Positions 28,126 through 40,674 of a DNA stretch of 64,000 nt are shown piece after piece. Position 1 is the stretch's first letter. Each line of letters begins with the position of its first letter. This DNA comes from Sphagnum compactum (taxonomy: Eukaryota). The position numbers and the translations under genes are program-made. Under the pieces are notes generated by a model. That model ran no database searches. It was not told where the DNA came from and saw only the letters and a list, made by a program, of their open reading frames with translations. The DNA is taken from positions 9,982,001-10,046,000 of the forward strand of contig OZ234494.1 in assembly GCA_965153455.1 (NCBI GenBank). The letters run 5' to 3'.

Positions 28126-29298
28126 TCCCCGTCGGCTTCTCGGGCCACAAGATTCGTACAGAAAAACACACACACACGCGCACACTCTCTCTCTCTCTCC
28201 TCGAAGAGGACGAAAGTCTGCGCAGAACACGAGCGCACACGGCAACGACGACGCATAGGCCGAAAGCTCAGCTTTGCAGCCCTGCCCTAAACTTACTTAG
28301 TTTTTTAGCCGGGGTGGTTAATTAGGTTCTAATTATCCAATTAGAATACAATTAATTAGGCCTTCGGAGACAGTGAATTTTTTACATTTTACGAATTGTT
28401 TTTTGAAAGAAGAATATAATTCTGTCGCAAATTCACTTATATGGGGGAAAATTTTCGCCATTTAATTTTTTAAAAAAACTAGCTGAAATCGCCACAATTG
28501 CCTTTGATTTGAACAGGTGATTAATATTTTTTACTTTCATAATTTCAATATCGCCAAATTTAGCTAAACATACTTATGGATTATTGCCACTTGAGCAACG
28601 ACACAAAATTGAAAAAGAAAAAAAGAAAAAAAGGAAGAAAATCAATGGTTCCAACCATGGCTTTTCGTTTCACTTTTGTCAAGTAGGTTGACTGGCAATC
28701 ATGGACAAGAGGAATGAGCCAAATTTGGCTAAAGGTCAGCCAGCAAAATAGACATTTTATTAAGGATCTCGCTTTGTTTTGGCAACCTCCAAGAACACAT
28801 TTTTGAAATATGGCGACTTTTGCACATTTTTTCCAAAAACCCACCCCTAACACCGGATTTTCTTTTGCTGTTGTGGTGTGAAAATTGCCCCCCCCCCCCC
28901 CCAAAAAAAAAACACTGCTTCAGACCTGAATAAATAAAAGCTCTCTTGAATTTGTATCATAATTTGAGTTGTTTTTTCTTTTAATCAACTCTTTAGGTTC
29001 TAATTAAGTAGCTAATTAGAAAAGAATTAGTCTTTTGGACCTTTAATAATACTATCTTTAATATAAAAAAATTGTTGTTTCTCTTTAAATCAACTACCAA
29101 TTAGGTTCTAATTAGTTACATAATTATGCCTTTTGACCTTAATAGAAGCTATTTTGAGTTGTTTTTCTCTAATAAACTCTTTGCCGTAATTGACCCAAGG
29201 CCTTGCAACCTGACAACACTAAATCAGTAACGAGTCGTTCTTTTTTTTCATTGTCTGCCCTTGGCCGGATCCATCTGTTTCTCAAAAAAGATGGATGA

Positions 29299-29446
29299 TG
29301 CCCCCTAAAACACTTTGGGTCCTGTTATGCACATCTTGGACCTGTAATGGACACTAGAATGGGACCTCTAATGGCACTAAGGGCCCATTCTAGTGCCCAT
29401 TACAGGTCCAAGATGTGCATGTCAGGGCCCAATGTGTGCAAGGGGC
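29299..29446. repeat. Long inverted repeat (fold-back or MITE-like hairpin)
   Basis: Arms 29315-29363 and 29384-29432 are near-perfect reverse complements around a 20-nt spacer. Pairing extends outward with TGCCCC / GGGGCA. Confidence 0.85.
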
Positions 29447-31284
29447 AGCACCAAAATGTGCCTTGACACCTCAAGACATATCTCATACGGGCAAAAGGCC
29501 AGTCAGGAAAAAAAGAAACATTTTAGGGAGTACTCCAAAGGGAGGGCTCCTTTGTTTCTGGTGTTGAACCCCGCCTCTTGGTGCATCTGACACACTATCA
29601 ATTATTGAAAGTGGATTAGAAATGAGAAAGTTACAGCCCTCCAAAGTAAAGGGGCTCAAGAACTCAAAAAAAAAAATTCACTGAACACTACAAATAATTC
29701 TTTGTATGTATGTTTGCTCTGTTACTATTAGAGTTCGAAGATGATTTGTAGAACTTCTGGTGGCACTTCTATAGCACTTTAAATAGTTTAAAATGAATAA
29801 GAAATAAAGAAAGTTATGAGATTTGAAAGTAAGAGGGGTCAAAATTAAGAAAAATGAAAAAAAAACACGTTTCGCAATCCGAAAAAACGTATTCTATTTT
29901 ACTACTTTTTTTGGGCTTGTGTCCCTTGGGTTTGCATTTCAAAGATGATTTGTAAAGCTTGAGAAGGTGCTCCTATAACATTTTGAGAAGAATTGAGAAA
30001 GATTTGCCAAAGTGTTTGATCATATGCAGGCGATTGGTGATGGGCCGGTCTACCCTATTAGGTGAGAACCAAACACCATTAGTCTAAACATTAATCTTCA
30101 TTTGTCATTTATTATCTAGTTGTCCTTTAGAAAAATATTACCTAGCAATCCTTGTTTTTAATGGGCAAGATTTTTCCATTAAAAAAAGTTCCTAAAAAAA
30201 ATGATTTTTGGGGTTCTTTATCACTAGAATTTGAAAAAATAATAATCAGAAAAATTGCAAGATTTTTATTTCAGTTCTGCAGTAGGTAGCCAACAATATA
30301 GAAAAGGATGCTTAGATATTTTGTTATTTTCATAATTCATTTGAAATCAAATTTGGCTAAACCTTTTTATGGATGATTTTTATCTTAGACCTATCCACAA
30401 TAACATCAAAAAATTAAAAAAAATATCATTGTATGTGAGAGCTTGTGTATTAAAAATAATCAAAATTTCAGTCACAAGAAATTTCAAGAAATTGGTATAT
30501 GAAAAGTTTTGAATAATGTATTGTATGGTCGTCTTTAAACAAACAATTGATTTTACATAATCCTTCATGGGGTTGTCCCTAGACACTTCCAAAGACAACT
30601 ATCTCATTTCTAAGCTTAATTACCTCACTTTTCCCCTAATAACTATTTCACTCTTTTTTCTAATAATTTTCTCATTTCTTTTTCCTTACCATCCAACATG
30701 AATATGAAAAGACAAATTAACATGCGCTTTTTCATGTCCATGATATTTGTAATAGTTATATGGTCTATATGTGGAAACAAAAATACACATGAAAATTTCT
30801 CCATGATATGTTGTCGATATGTTGCCAAAGAAAATTGATTTCTGTGCCTGGGTTAAACAATGGCACCTTCGATTCCTGGGTTTAGGGTTTAGGGCTGGAA
30901 GTACAGAGAGCTCTGATCAACACGGTGCTGCATGCACTAGCATAGAAGAGAGTCCCTTGGCACTAAAGGAGGTTTGTGGATAAATGGAGGGGAAAATGAC
31001 AATCAAATTCAAGCCTATGGATCAATCTCCATTTGATCTGGATTTGTTGAAATCCTGAAAGCTCCTATTCGACCATCCCCAGTACAACCTAAAGAACGAT
31101 GTGGATCAAAATTCAAAGAAGGCATAGGGATACCCAGTATGACAGGTACACCGTCCCTCACTCCAGCTACAAATCAGAATCAGAACTTTACAGCAAGCCT
31201 GATCCACATTTGGTGAGTTCATGCCGTTGTCTCTGTGAAGCATGTTTGCGTTTGTCAAACGGTTGCCTGAAAACATTTGCAAGC

Positions 31285-33331
31285 TTACAACTTGTCTGTG
31301 AATGGTGGAGGAGTGCCTCCCAGTGCGACAATCTGTTTCTCCAGCTGCACCACATTGTCAACCAACAGCAGGGACACTCAGAATGACATACAACTGACAT
31401 AGAATCGGTGACAAAAAGTTGTACCTCAGATGATTGGAGTCATGCAAATTTATGTTACCACTTTTTCTGCTTTGCATTTCATTATCAACTTTCCAGGTAC
31501 CTGAGAAGTATCTCAAAACTTTGAGCACAATCCAAGGAGTGAAGAATCATTATACAAGTCTATTCCAAAGCCAGATATGAATATACACTGCGTAGTGCTC
31601 AATGAACCTCTTATTACCATATGCTATAAGAAACCAAAAGGTTATAAAGGGGTGTTGCACAAAGGCTGTCATGCTGAGAATGAAAAAAGATGGAGTTTTT
31701 TGGGTGATTACTTCAAGCATAGTCTGAAGCTTGCCCTTGATAACTTCAAACTCTCTAGTCACATGCTCCAGCGCAAATAGGCACCTACAAAAATTGTCAA
31801 AAAGGGAGCACAGAATCTACAGCATTTAGCAACTTCGGGTTTGCAATAACTAGACCTTTGAAACAAACTAGTGGCAAATGAACCAGACAAACAAATTACA
31901 AAAGAATTTGTTTTTCCATTTTCTTGCAGCTGAGGGTGGGTATTTCTTCTTGTGCTTCATGCAGGTCACCAGTGAGGAGCAGCAGCACAGCATCTCAAAT
32001 CAACTGGATTTTACTCCTGCATGTTGTGATACAACAGCAAGGCAAAGGAAGTAACCAGGTTCGTAGCTGAAAATCCAATTTGAAATACAGAAAGCACTCA
32101 CCCTTGTTGGTCTTGTCTGTTACAGCACATGCGGAGTTTAATGCATACAGCTTTCACTCTCTGTGCGCCAATGCTGACATACCATGCAACAGCATCATCA
32201 TCATCCTTCCCGAATCAATACACTCTCAAACTTTCTTCTTAAGTTGAAACAACCTTCCCTTAGTTCCTGTGCTAAAAGACTCTAGACTGCAAAAGCTCAC
32301 ATGATCACATTCTGCATTGGTCAAGAAAAAAAACTTGGTCTACGTCAGAGAACTTGGAGAGGGATAACACTTGTGAGCTTTTACCTCATGGCTGTGAACA
32401 CTTTTGCAGCAAGAAAAAAGTTTGTGACACTAAATTCAATTGCAGATGGAGAGTCTCCTTTACTGTGAAACTCAGACGAGACCTGCTGCTACTGTATGCC
32501 ATGTGAGAAATGCGTTTGACATGGTGGCTTTTCTCAGGCATACAGGAGAGAGAGAGAGAGAGACTTGATTCATTCATTATTACCTTGAGCTGCTGCCTTT
32601 GAACTGATGCACATGTGCATCAACCTTCTTGAAGTTCACTGGCTTCTGTTCTCTGGAAATGCAAAGTGATCACCGGAGTATATTTAGGGCAGAAGAAGCG
32701 CACACAATTTCAGGCACAAACTTTGTTTCTTTGTTGTTTTTCAATAGTCTACTTTTGATTGCAGAATTCTTCACTGTCAGTCCCTAATCCACTGCTCAGG
32801 GAATGAGGAGGATCTTCCCTATGTCTTTCTGTCTATTCTTTTGTCTGTCTCTGTCTCTGTCTCTGTGTCTCTCTCTTTGATCTTTGCAAACGATTGTGAG
32901 GAAGAAAGACGTACAGAGATTCAGTCAAGTTTTTGATGATTCTTCCAGAATCCTGTATGAACAAGAGGACCACCTCCTCCACGAAGTCCGGGGAGCTCTC
33001 ATCTTGCAATTGCTGGAGCTCCGAGAATTGATCATCCAGCAAGCCCTGCAAATCAATCAGATATTACTCTTAAGAACACAATTATAGCACAAACCAGAAA
33101 TTCTCTCGGACACTATTTTCTTTGCATTTCGTTCCAAAGCTTTCCTCCTGATCGTTAGGAAGAGAGCGATAGCTTTGGATCTGTAGTAGATGGCAGAGAG
33201 TTTCGCATACAGTACGTAAAATTGCCTACCTCTGCACGAAGACTGTCCATGTGCTCGGCGTACTGCTGCTTCGCCGCTGCGAGCTGCATTGCCTCTCCCA
33301 TTCCTGATCCGTTCTCATCACACTTCCCCAT
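31285..33331 (-). CDS. Histidine-containing phosphotransfer protein (AHP/HPt, cytokinin two-component relay), about 168 aa
   Basis: Exons 33331-33230, 33045-32915, 32652-32584, 32173-32102, 31784-31712, 31344-31285 in frame. [26 protein letters not shown] and [23 protein letters not shown] carry the conserved phospho-His in HQxKGSSxS. The start may be a downstream in-frame ATG. Confidence 0.93.
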
Positions 33332-33744
33332 CTTACCGCTTCCCAGCTCCTCCTTCACGCTCTCTTCTTGCTTCTTCTCTCTCACTTCTTTCTCCCCCTA
33401 ACGCCGCCAGAGGTCCCTCTCTGTCTCTTTGCCTCTCTCCGCGTCTCTATCCGTTTTCCCTCTTCAACAACTTCCGAAAAACCTCAGCTTCAAGGCTTCT
33501 ATCACTATGCTCCACCTTACAAAGTTCAAGCCTCCTCCTCCTCCTACTGCTACTTCTTCCTCTTGATAATGCAACAACAATGCAGATATTGAGTTGAAAA
33601 TCTGTAGACCTCTCTCTATTCTGCAAACATAGGCACTGTCACTGTGATACCACACACAAGCAAAGCTTGAGCTGTCTTTACTTGCTTTGCCTTACTTTAG
33701 TTTCCTTAATCATGCACACAAACAACAAACAAAAGTTGGCTGTT

Positions 33745-34352
33745 TGTTTGCCTGATGATGCACACAAGCAATCCTTACACAAACATTGAATGGGTACGCA
33801 GCCTGATGATGATGCACACAAACAACACGACACAAGATTGCTGTCTGCAGTGATCAATGCACACAAACAATCAACACCAACAACACAAACAAGATTGGTG
33901 TTTGGTTGATCAATGCACACACAAACAATAACACCAACAACACACCCAAGATTGATGTTTGCTTGATCAATGCACACACAAACAATAACACCAACAACAC
34001 ACACAAGATTGCTGTTTGCTTGATCAATGCACACACAAACAATAAAACCAACAACACACCCAAGATTGATGTTTGCTTGATCAATCAATGCACACAAATA
34101 ATAACACCAACAACACACCAAAAGATTGGTGTTTGCTTGATCAATGCACATACAAACAATAACACCAACAACACACACAAGATTGGGTGTTTGCTTGATC
34201 AATGCACTCAAGCAATAACACCAACAACACACCGAAGAATGGCGTCTGCTTGATCAACGCACACAAGCAATAGTTCCACAAACAACACATAAGATTGCTG
34301 TTTGCCTGATGATGATGACAAGCAATGCTTACACAAACATTGAATGGGTACG
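33745..34352. repeat. 57-bp minisatellite array (about 8 units) bounded by a ~54-bp direct repeat, upstream of the HPt gene
   Basis: Unit TGATCAATGCACACACAAACAATAACACCAACAACACACMCAAGATTGNTGTTTGCT repeated over 33851-34307. Flanking repeat ...TTACACAAACATTGAATGGGTACG ends at 33798 and 34352. Confidence 0.9.
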
Positions 34353-37300
34353 TACTACGTATAGGTACTTCGTATATGTTGAGTTTTGAAACCCCAAATC
34401 CCCCCACCCCCCAACCCATTTTCAAAACTCACTCTACCTTCCTTTTCTGAAATATGGCGAAATTCGGTCATTTTTTGTCATTAAAAATCCTTTGGTTTGG
34501 TCAAAATCAGCATTTTTTTGTGACAAATTTTCCCCACTTAGCCACACAAAAAATAGGGGCTAAAACTCCAACAAAGGATTTTTTATATCACAAAATTGAG
34601 TAAAAAAAAAAACCCTGAGGGGAATGATGGCTTGGTTTTTCCAAAAAAACACTTGCCTAGATTTTTAGTGTATTTGCAAACACAATTATAGAGCCGAAGA
34701 ACTTGTGAGGCATTTTGGAAAATGAACCGCTTGCACTAACATTTTTTCAAAATGCTCCACATTTGTTTCTACCTTTAGTTTCTCATGATACCTTGGGCAA
34801 GTATCAATCTCACAACTTCTACGATGTGTAACACCCTTGGCCATAAGCATTACCAGAATTGGGCCCACCTCGAATCTGCTTCACACAAGCCCTTATTCTG
34901 GCACTACCCGCAACCTCAGGTGTTACCCTACACACACCCTCTCCAATGAGAGAAGAAAAATCACCTAAAGTAGCTAATCGGTGGGCATGTGTGCAAGCTT
35001 ATTATAATTAATTACACTCAAATTTACACTCAAATCAAATCCAAAGTGGGTGTTCAAAAATCATGGTTATTGATTTGGGTCCACTGCTATGGTCTACTGA
35101 CAATGCCGTTATCTTCTTTCGGTATTTGAGGAGTGTCTTCCAATCTACCAATTGTTTACTGAAGGGAATTTATGTTCTGAGGCATAGTTTATTTACAATT
35201 TTTTGATATAAAATGTCTTTTATTTTTTCCGAAAATTAAAAAGAATTACTCAAATTTACACCAGAAATAAAAAACTTTCCCAATTTCTGTTCCAAATGCA
35301 ACAAAAAAGGTCAAAAAAAAACCCAGCTCTGAAGATAGTTTTCCAATCTATGAATCAAATTTGGTGGAGGGAATTTATGCTTTTTGGATTAGACTGATTG
35401 CTTTCTTTTCTTAAACTTCCATGAATGTCAATTGGGTTGCGGAGGATACTATTTTCCAAGCTAGATTGGAGGGAAGGAGATCCTATGTCAAATCAGATTT
35501 GTTACTGTCTTTGTAACTTATTTCATGCATCAAATTTCTGGTTTCAAGGAATATATATATTGCACATATATACGTTTCAGATCTTCAAAATTTGTGAGGG
35601 ATTTGATTTCCCTTGACAATATCTGACTTTATAAATGGCCCAGCTATAAACCTCTGTGTAAGTAAGTGGTGGGGCTCAAGGTTCTTGGGTGGTGACAATT
35701 TCCAGACATTTGAGGGCATGGCATGAATCATGACTGACCCAGAGAGGGCCGAGTGTTCATTGCCCTCACTCCGTGTCATCAACTCCTGGATGTGAATAGC
35801 TTCTTGATATTATTAACCAGTGGAAGTGGAAGTAGGGAGGGGTTCCTTGCTTAATACATGGGGCTCATTGAGTCACATATTTAGTATCTGTATTGCCTGA
35901 TTTGATTTGATTTGGTTTGATCTGGAGGTTGTCTAGACTCTAAAGAGCAAGCACTTTCTTTTGCAATTTGTAGATTCTAAGGCAAATTGGGGGACACCCT
36001 GAGTGCAAAGATTGACAACACTTGCCTTAAGTCTTGACCTTTTACAACTACATCATCATTATGTGAATTGTACTAGGCTTTAGATTGCATCATCATAAGC
36101 AAAAGCCACCCAAATGAACAAGACCATGGAAAAAATTAGAAAATCTACTATGCAAATCTTCTTGGCAATTAGTTCTGTGAAATTATTGTTTGTTGCACTT
36201 ATAACAAGATCACGATATGAATATATTATGTTATCTCTATTCTCTTTGCTGCATTAAAATATTCTTCACCTGAATTTTGGGCTTTTGGGATTGTGAATGG
36301 AAATAAATGTTACTTGTCCTCAACATGATATTCTTCTAGCTTAATTAATAGTTCTGGTTCTAATTAGATTGTTAACAAACTGTTGCTAAAGGACTGCATT
36401 TGTGGCTCCTCCATATCTCATCATTACCCCATCTTCCTAGGATTTTGGTCGAATCCTCTACCATACTATGTATTCTTTCTCAGTATTTTTAATTGCTTTC
36501 TGAATGTCTTTTCCTTGGGTTTTGATCTTAAGGATTAAAGCAATGAATTCTCAAATGTCCATGTTCCAAAATGATCAAAAATCCTAATCACAGACCCCTA
36601 AAAACCTACCATGGTTCTTTCTTTCCTGAAAACCGCCTCTTCACTGTTCTAAGAGCAGATCAAGCGGTGCTTAGCATATGAGCCTGCAAAATACTCACAA
36701 CCAGTGTTCTTGGCTGGCTCTTTTTAAATGTAACTTCCCTGGCCACTCCACCTTATGCTAAGTCTTGTCAAGGTGGCTATAGTCACATGGCTAGGGGTGG
36801 TTTCTAGGCTACACTTGACATTTTGCAAGTAAGTTGTTGGCTCTTCTATGGCAGAGCAAGTAAGTGCATGGTGGCTAAAGGTTCATGAAAGGGATTAGGA
36901 GGTGATCAGGTGATTGCTTAAGGGATAACCTAGGCTACATAGAGGTGATCAAATTTGAAACAATGACAACAAAAATCAAATTAAAGGCAACATTTCAAAT
37001 GGTATCATAGTTGAAAATGTGATCACTAAACATACTTTCAAGGAGGTCAAACCCCAATCCAAATATGGATTCTACCAATTGCAATTGAAAATTGATCTAT
37101 GCACATAAACACACATTAGAATCAACAACTTCACACAAGATTAGTAGAAAACCTTAAAGAACCAACAATCACATAAGATGTCAATGTCCAACAAGAAAAT
37201 GAGAAGAAAACATGATCAAACACAACAAGCAACATGTGCATTGTTATAAGCCTACATGCTAATGACTTAAAAGTCAATACAAAAGGAAAACATGCAAAAG

Positions 37301-37599
37301 TAAAAGAACATACCTAAAATTTGTGATCCATATTTTCCATTATAAACCATAACGATGCTTATTAATATGGCAATCTCGAATGATAATATAGAATGAAAAA
37401 GTGGTCAAAATATAAAACTTCTAGGCATACAATTGAATGACCAAATCCAAATGACTTCTGAAATGGTTTTTCACCTTGGTCTTCATATAACTCAAGCTTG
37501 AAAGATCCATTCATCTTCTAAAAACCCTAGGATGATCACAATAGAAATCTCAACCAACTTTAAATATTCTTAAAGTTGGTTTTACAAAATATCACTAGA

Positions 37600-38470
37600 T
37601 CCTAACCTTTACCATAGTCGGGAGGTAGGGTTATGGTCAAAAGGTGAAAGCATGGCAACAATGTAATTGCTCTTCATAGTCACAACCAAAAATGATGCCT
37701 ATTAATCCAATAAATAACCATTTAGCAAGGGTGCAAACATCACACCATTTTCCCTTGCAAGTTTTTGGTGGTAGTAGTATGCTTTTGAGCAAGGTTAACT
37801 ACCTAAAGAAAGTTTGTTTAACATCTGACTATAACCAATAATGCACGTAAATGATTCTTGTAGCATTCAACATCTCTTGTGCAAGGAACCTCTTGTCAAG
37901 TTCATCAATTAACTAAGTTGTAATTCAAATCAATTATGTTTTGACATCTTGCATCAACTCTACCCAATCCTCATGAATCGCTATGGTGTAGTTTACAAGG
38001 CTTACGCATGTTGTACATTATGCCCTAAAAAAAAAAACAACATTTTGAACACCATAACAAGGTTGTTCCATCACACAATATGCAAATCATCAAAACTTTA
38101 CTCAACAAAGTTGTGAAACTTGGGGAAGTCTGTGAAGTTCCCCTTTTTATCTTCATCATAGTACATGTTTTGTAAATCAATTTGGCATAGCTCCACATGA
38201 TAACAAAGTCACAAATGAAGGTTTCTTGGTTTTAAACAGAATTGCTCAACCCCCATACAATTTCCAACATTGGAACCACACTAGTCAATTGAAGAACAAT
38301 CTCCAAATCACACAAGTATTCATAGTTGGCCTTTATAGTTTCATGAATAGAAGCATTTTGGGCCATCTTGACTAATAGAGTTTTGAACTCTTCAAAGACC
38401 ACCTTGTTTGGAGAAATCATAATAATCCATATGGTTTTAATGTTTCACACAATTTTGAACCTTTGCTTTC
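37600..38470 (-). mobile_element. Decayed hAT-like transposase fragment (second family)
   Basis: Fragment KTIWIIMISPNKVVFEEFKTLLVKMAQ...NYEYLCDLEIVLQLTSVVPMLE resembles the TRW-motif region of hAT/ZNF862-like transposases. Downstream sequence is riddled with stops. Confidence 0.55.
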
Positions 38471-39186
38471 ATTACTACAAAAACATGGTTTTGTGGCCCT
38501 AGCAAAGTGCCTACAATGACTATAGAATCACACATAGTCATTCCATAACAGCTAACTATGTCTCTTTCCACTAAACCAAAATGTAAATGTGTTCGATATG
38601 ACTGACTTAAACTAGCATTGTAGTCACATCAGAGATTCGTAGCTACACATGGAAATTCCTTTCCTTACATTGATTGTGTAGCTTTACTTGGGTGACTAAA
38701 AACAGTCATCAAATTTTTGACGTGGATTGGAACATTTCACATATGACTGAATTATGTTAGGATTGATACTAGTATAATTTTGACGTGGATTACAACATAT
38801 CATATGTGACTGATTTACGACATCATTGTAATTTTAAAGTTGCCACATGAAATTAATATATGGATGATATTCCCAAAATAATTTCTGAAGCATTGAAAAA
38901 AATATTTTCTAAGTTTATATTGATAATGCATAATGCATTAACCAAATCTTTACCAATTAATATGAAGAATCAATTTTTGAAGTGTTTGTTTTGATTCTGA
39001 TGATGAGCACATCATGTGTTTTGAAAATCATCAAATGTAGGAAAATAAAAAAACAATGGTTTGTCTTCATAGCAGTATTGTAGTCATTTAAACTCATTGC
39101 CATTCTAGACATGGTTGTGTTATGCAGAAGATACACTAAGAATCAAGTGTTTCTCTCATGAAAGTGTTTCATCTGTACATATGCAG

Positions 39187-39867
39187 ACAGAGTGCATTGC
39201 ACGGATATCACCAAAGGATGGAAAGGTTACTGGCTGGCTTCTTATGCATGGCTTGCGGTAGGCCTCTTGTAATGACCCACTTTTGAAGACCAGATCTAAC
39301 ATCCTGAGGTGAAACCTCAGTGTACTATTTCGTGGTTGCAGAACGGGCCTTCCTAGTTGGTCACCCCATCTTACTACCTTTTTTCCAACCCCAAACATGC
39401 TAAACTTCATAGTTCTTGTTGGAGATTTCTCAATTCACATAGAGAGTTTTTCTTGTTGCCATCTTGTGTGTCAATCTGAATTTAGCTGCAATTGGGCATG
39501 ACCACCTGTTACTGCCTTACAAGCTCAGGATGTTGTATGCATGTTGTAACTAGATGTGTTGTGCGTTTGTGAATTTTTTCAACAATCAAACCTGTGCATA
39601 GGATTGTGTTCAGCACTTTGTCTTTCAGGGAGGTCTGCCATTATGCAATGAGCTGCCACTTGTTGATGTACAAATGGAAAGCTATGGTCAAAGATGTAGG
39701 AAATCAGGGTGATTGATTGGACAATTTGTTTGATGTATTTGCGGGTCTGCTTTTGGTTTGCAGTAACTGGAAAGCTATGGCCAAAGGTGTATGAAATCAG
39801 GATGATTGATCGGACAAGTGATCCAAACACAAACATGGAGAAGCTGCGAAAGTTATGTATGTTGTAG
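39187..39867 (+). pseudogene. Fragment of plant glutaminyl cyclase (glutaminyl-peptide cyclotransferase); two 3' exons only
   Basis: AG|39187-39257|GT reads TECIARISPKDGKVTGWLLMHGLR. AG|39764-39867 reads (V)TGKLWPKVYEIRMIDRTSDPNTNMEKLRKLCML*. Both match the plant QC C-terminus (CIARISP, VTGKLWP). The intervening DVLNGIAWD exon and all 5' exons were not found. Confidence 0.78.
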
Positions 39868-40305
39868 CTTGTAGATTCTGCTGCAGCTTGACAGGCTGTT
39901 GTTGGATCAGACACATATCTCCAGCTGCAAAACAACTCCAGCAATCTCAATTCTTTCAATGACACAATCCATCAATGCAGATCATCATGGAAGAAGAAGC
40001 TGGGCATGAAAAATCCATGCAGGACTTCCCATGAGTGAGTTGCACAATCTTAGGCTCTCCTTGCAAAGAGCTTGATTTGAGTAAATACAAAATTGAACTC
40101 CCATCAATTTGAGTGCTGTGAAACTGATGTTTCTTGGGATCAAGTTTTTGTTGTGGCCAACAACGGTTTCAAAGTCGAAATTGAAACAATCATGGGAAAA
40201 AAAATTGGTTTCACCCACATGATTTTCCTAGATCACGTTGACACTCAGGATCTAGGAGATGAGATTACAAAGTTTGATGTGGATCAGTTGTTTCAGTAAT
40301 TAAGT

Positions 40306-40674
40306 TCTATATATATATTATTTTTATAAAAAATTTGCCCATTAAAACATCAAAATAAAACATAGTATCCCAATCACATGACATAGTTAAAAAATGATTG
40401 ATTTCAATCACATTCATCACATGTACAGCATTATGTTTAATTTGAATAAGTAAGTACTTTTTAAAAAGTTATAATGAACATACCTAGTTCTATTTAGTCG
40501 TGATGCTACTAACATAAAAATAATGCTTTCTTAGTGTTGAGGAAGTTTATCATGAGGTTTTCAAGTTTCAAGTTTTGTTTTTCTGCAAGTTTGTACTAGA
40601 AAACACTAGTTATCTTTCAAGCATTCATTTACGTTCCACCTCCCTAGGGGGTGGCAAGCTCTTGACAACACTAG
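40306..40674 (+). mobile_element. Possible short Helitron-like element, or the 3' end of a longer one
   Basis: TCTATATATATA at 40306, hairpin CCACCTCCC-TA-GGGGGTGG (40636-40654), then CTAG|T at 40671-40675. A second ACACTAG|T lies near 40609. The 5' flank is T rather than the canonical A. Confidence 0.45.

Noticed and set aside
33851..34307. CRISPR-like array
   Set aside because: The units are contiguous near-identical repeats without unique spacers, there are no cas genes, and the context is eukaryotic.
36020..36800. TAS3-like locus (TCTTGACCTT at about 36032; GTCTTGTCAAGGT at about 36762)
   Set aside because: Only short partial tasiARF-like matches, with no flanking miR390 sites recognisable.
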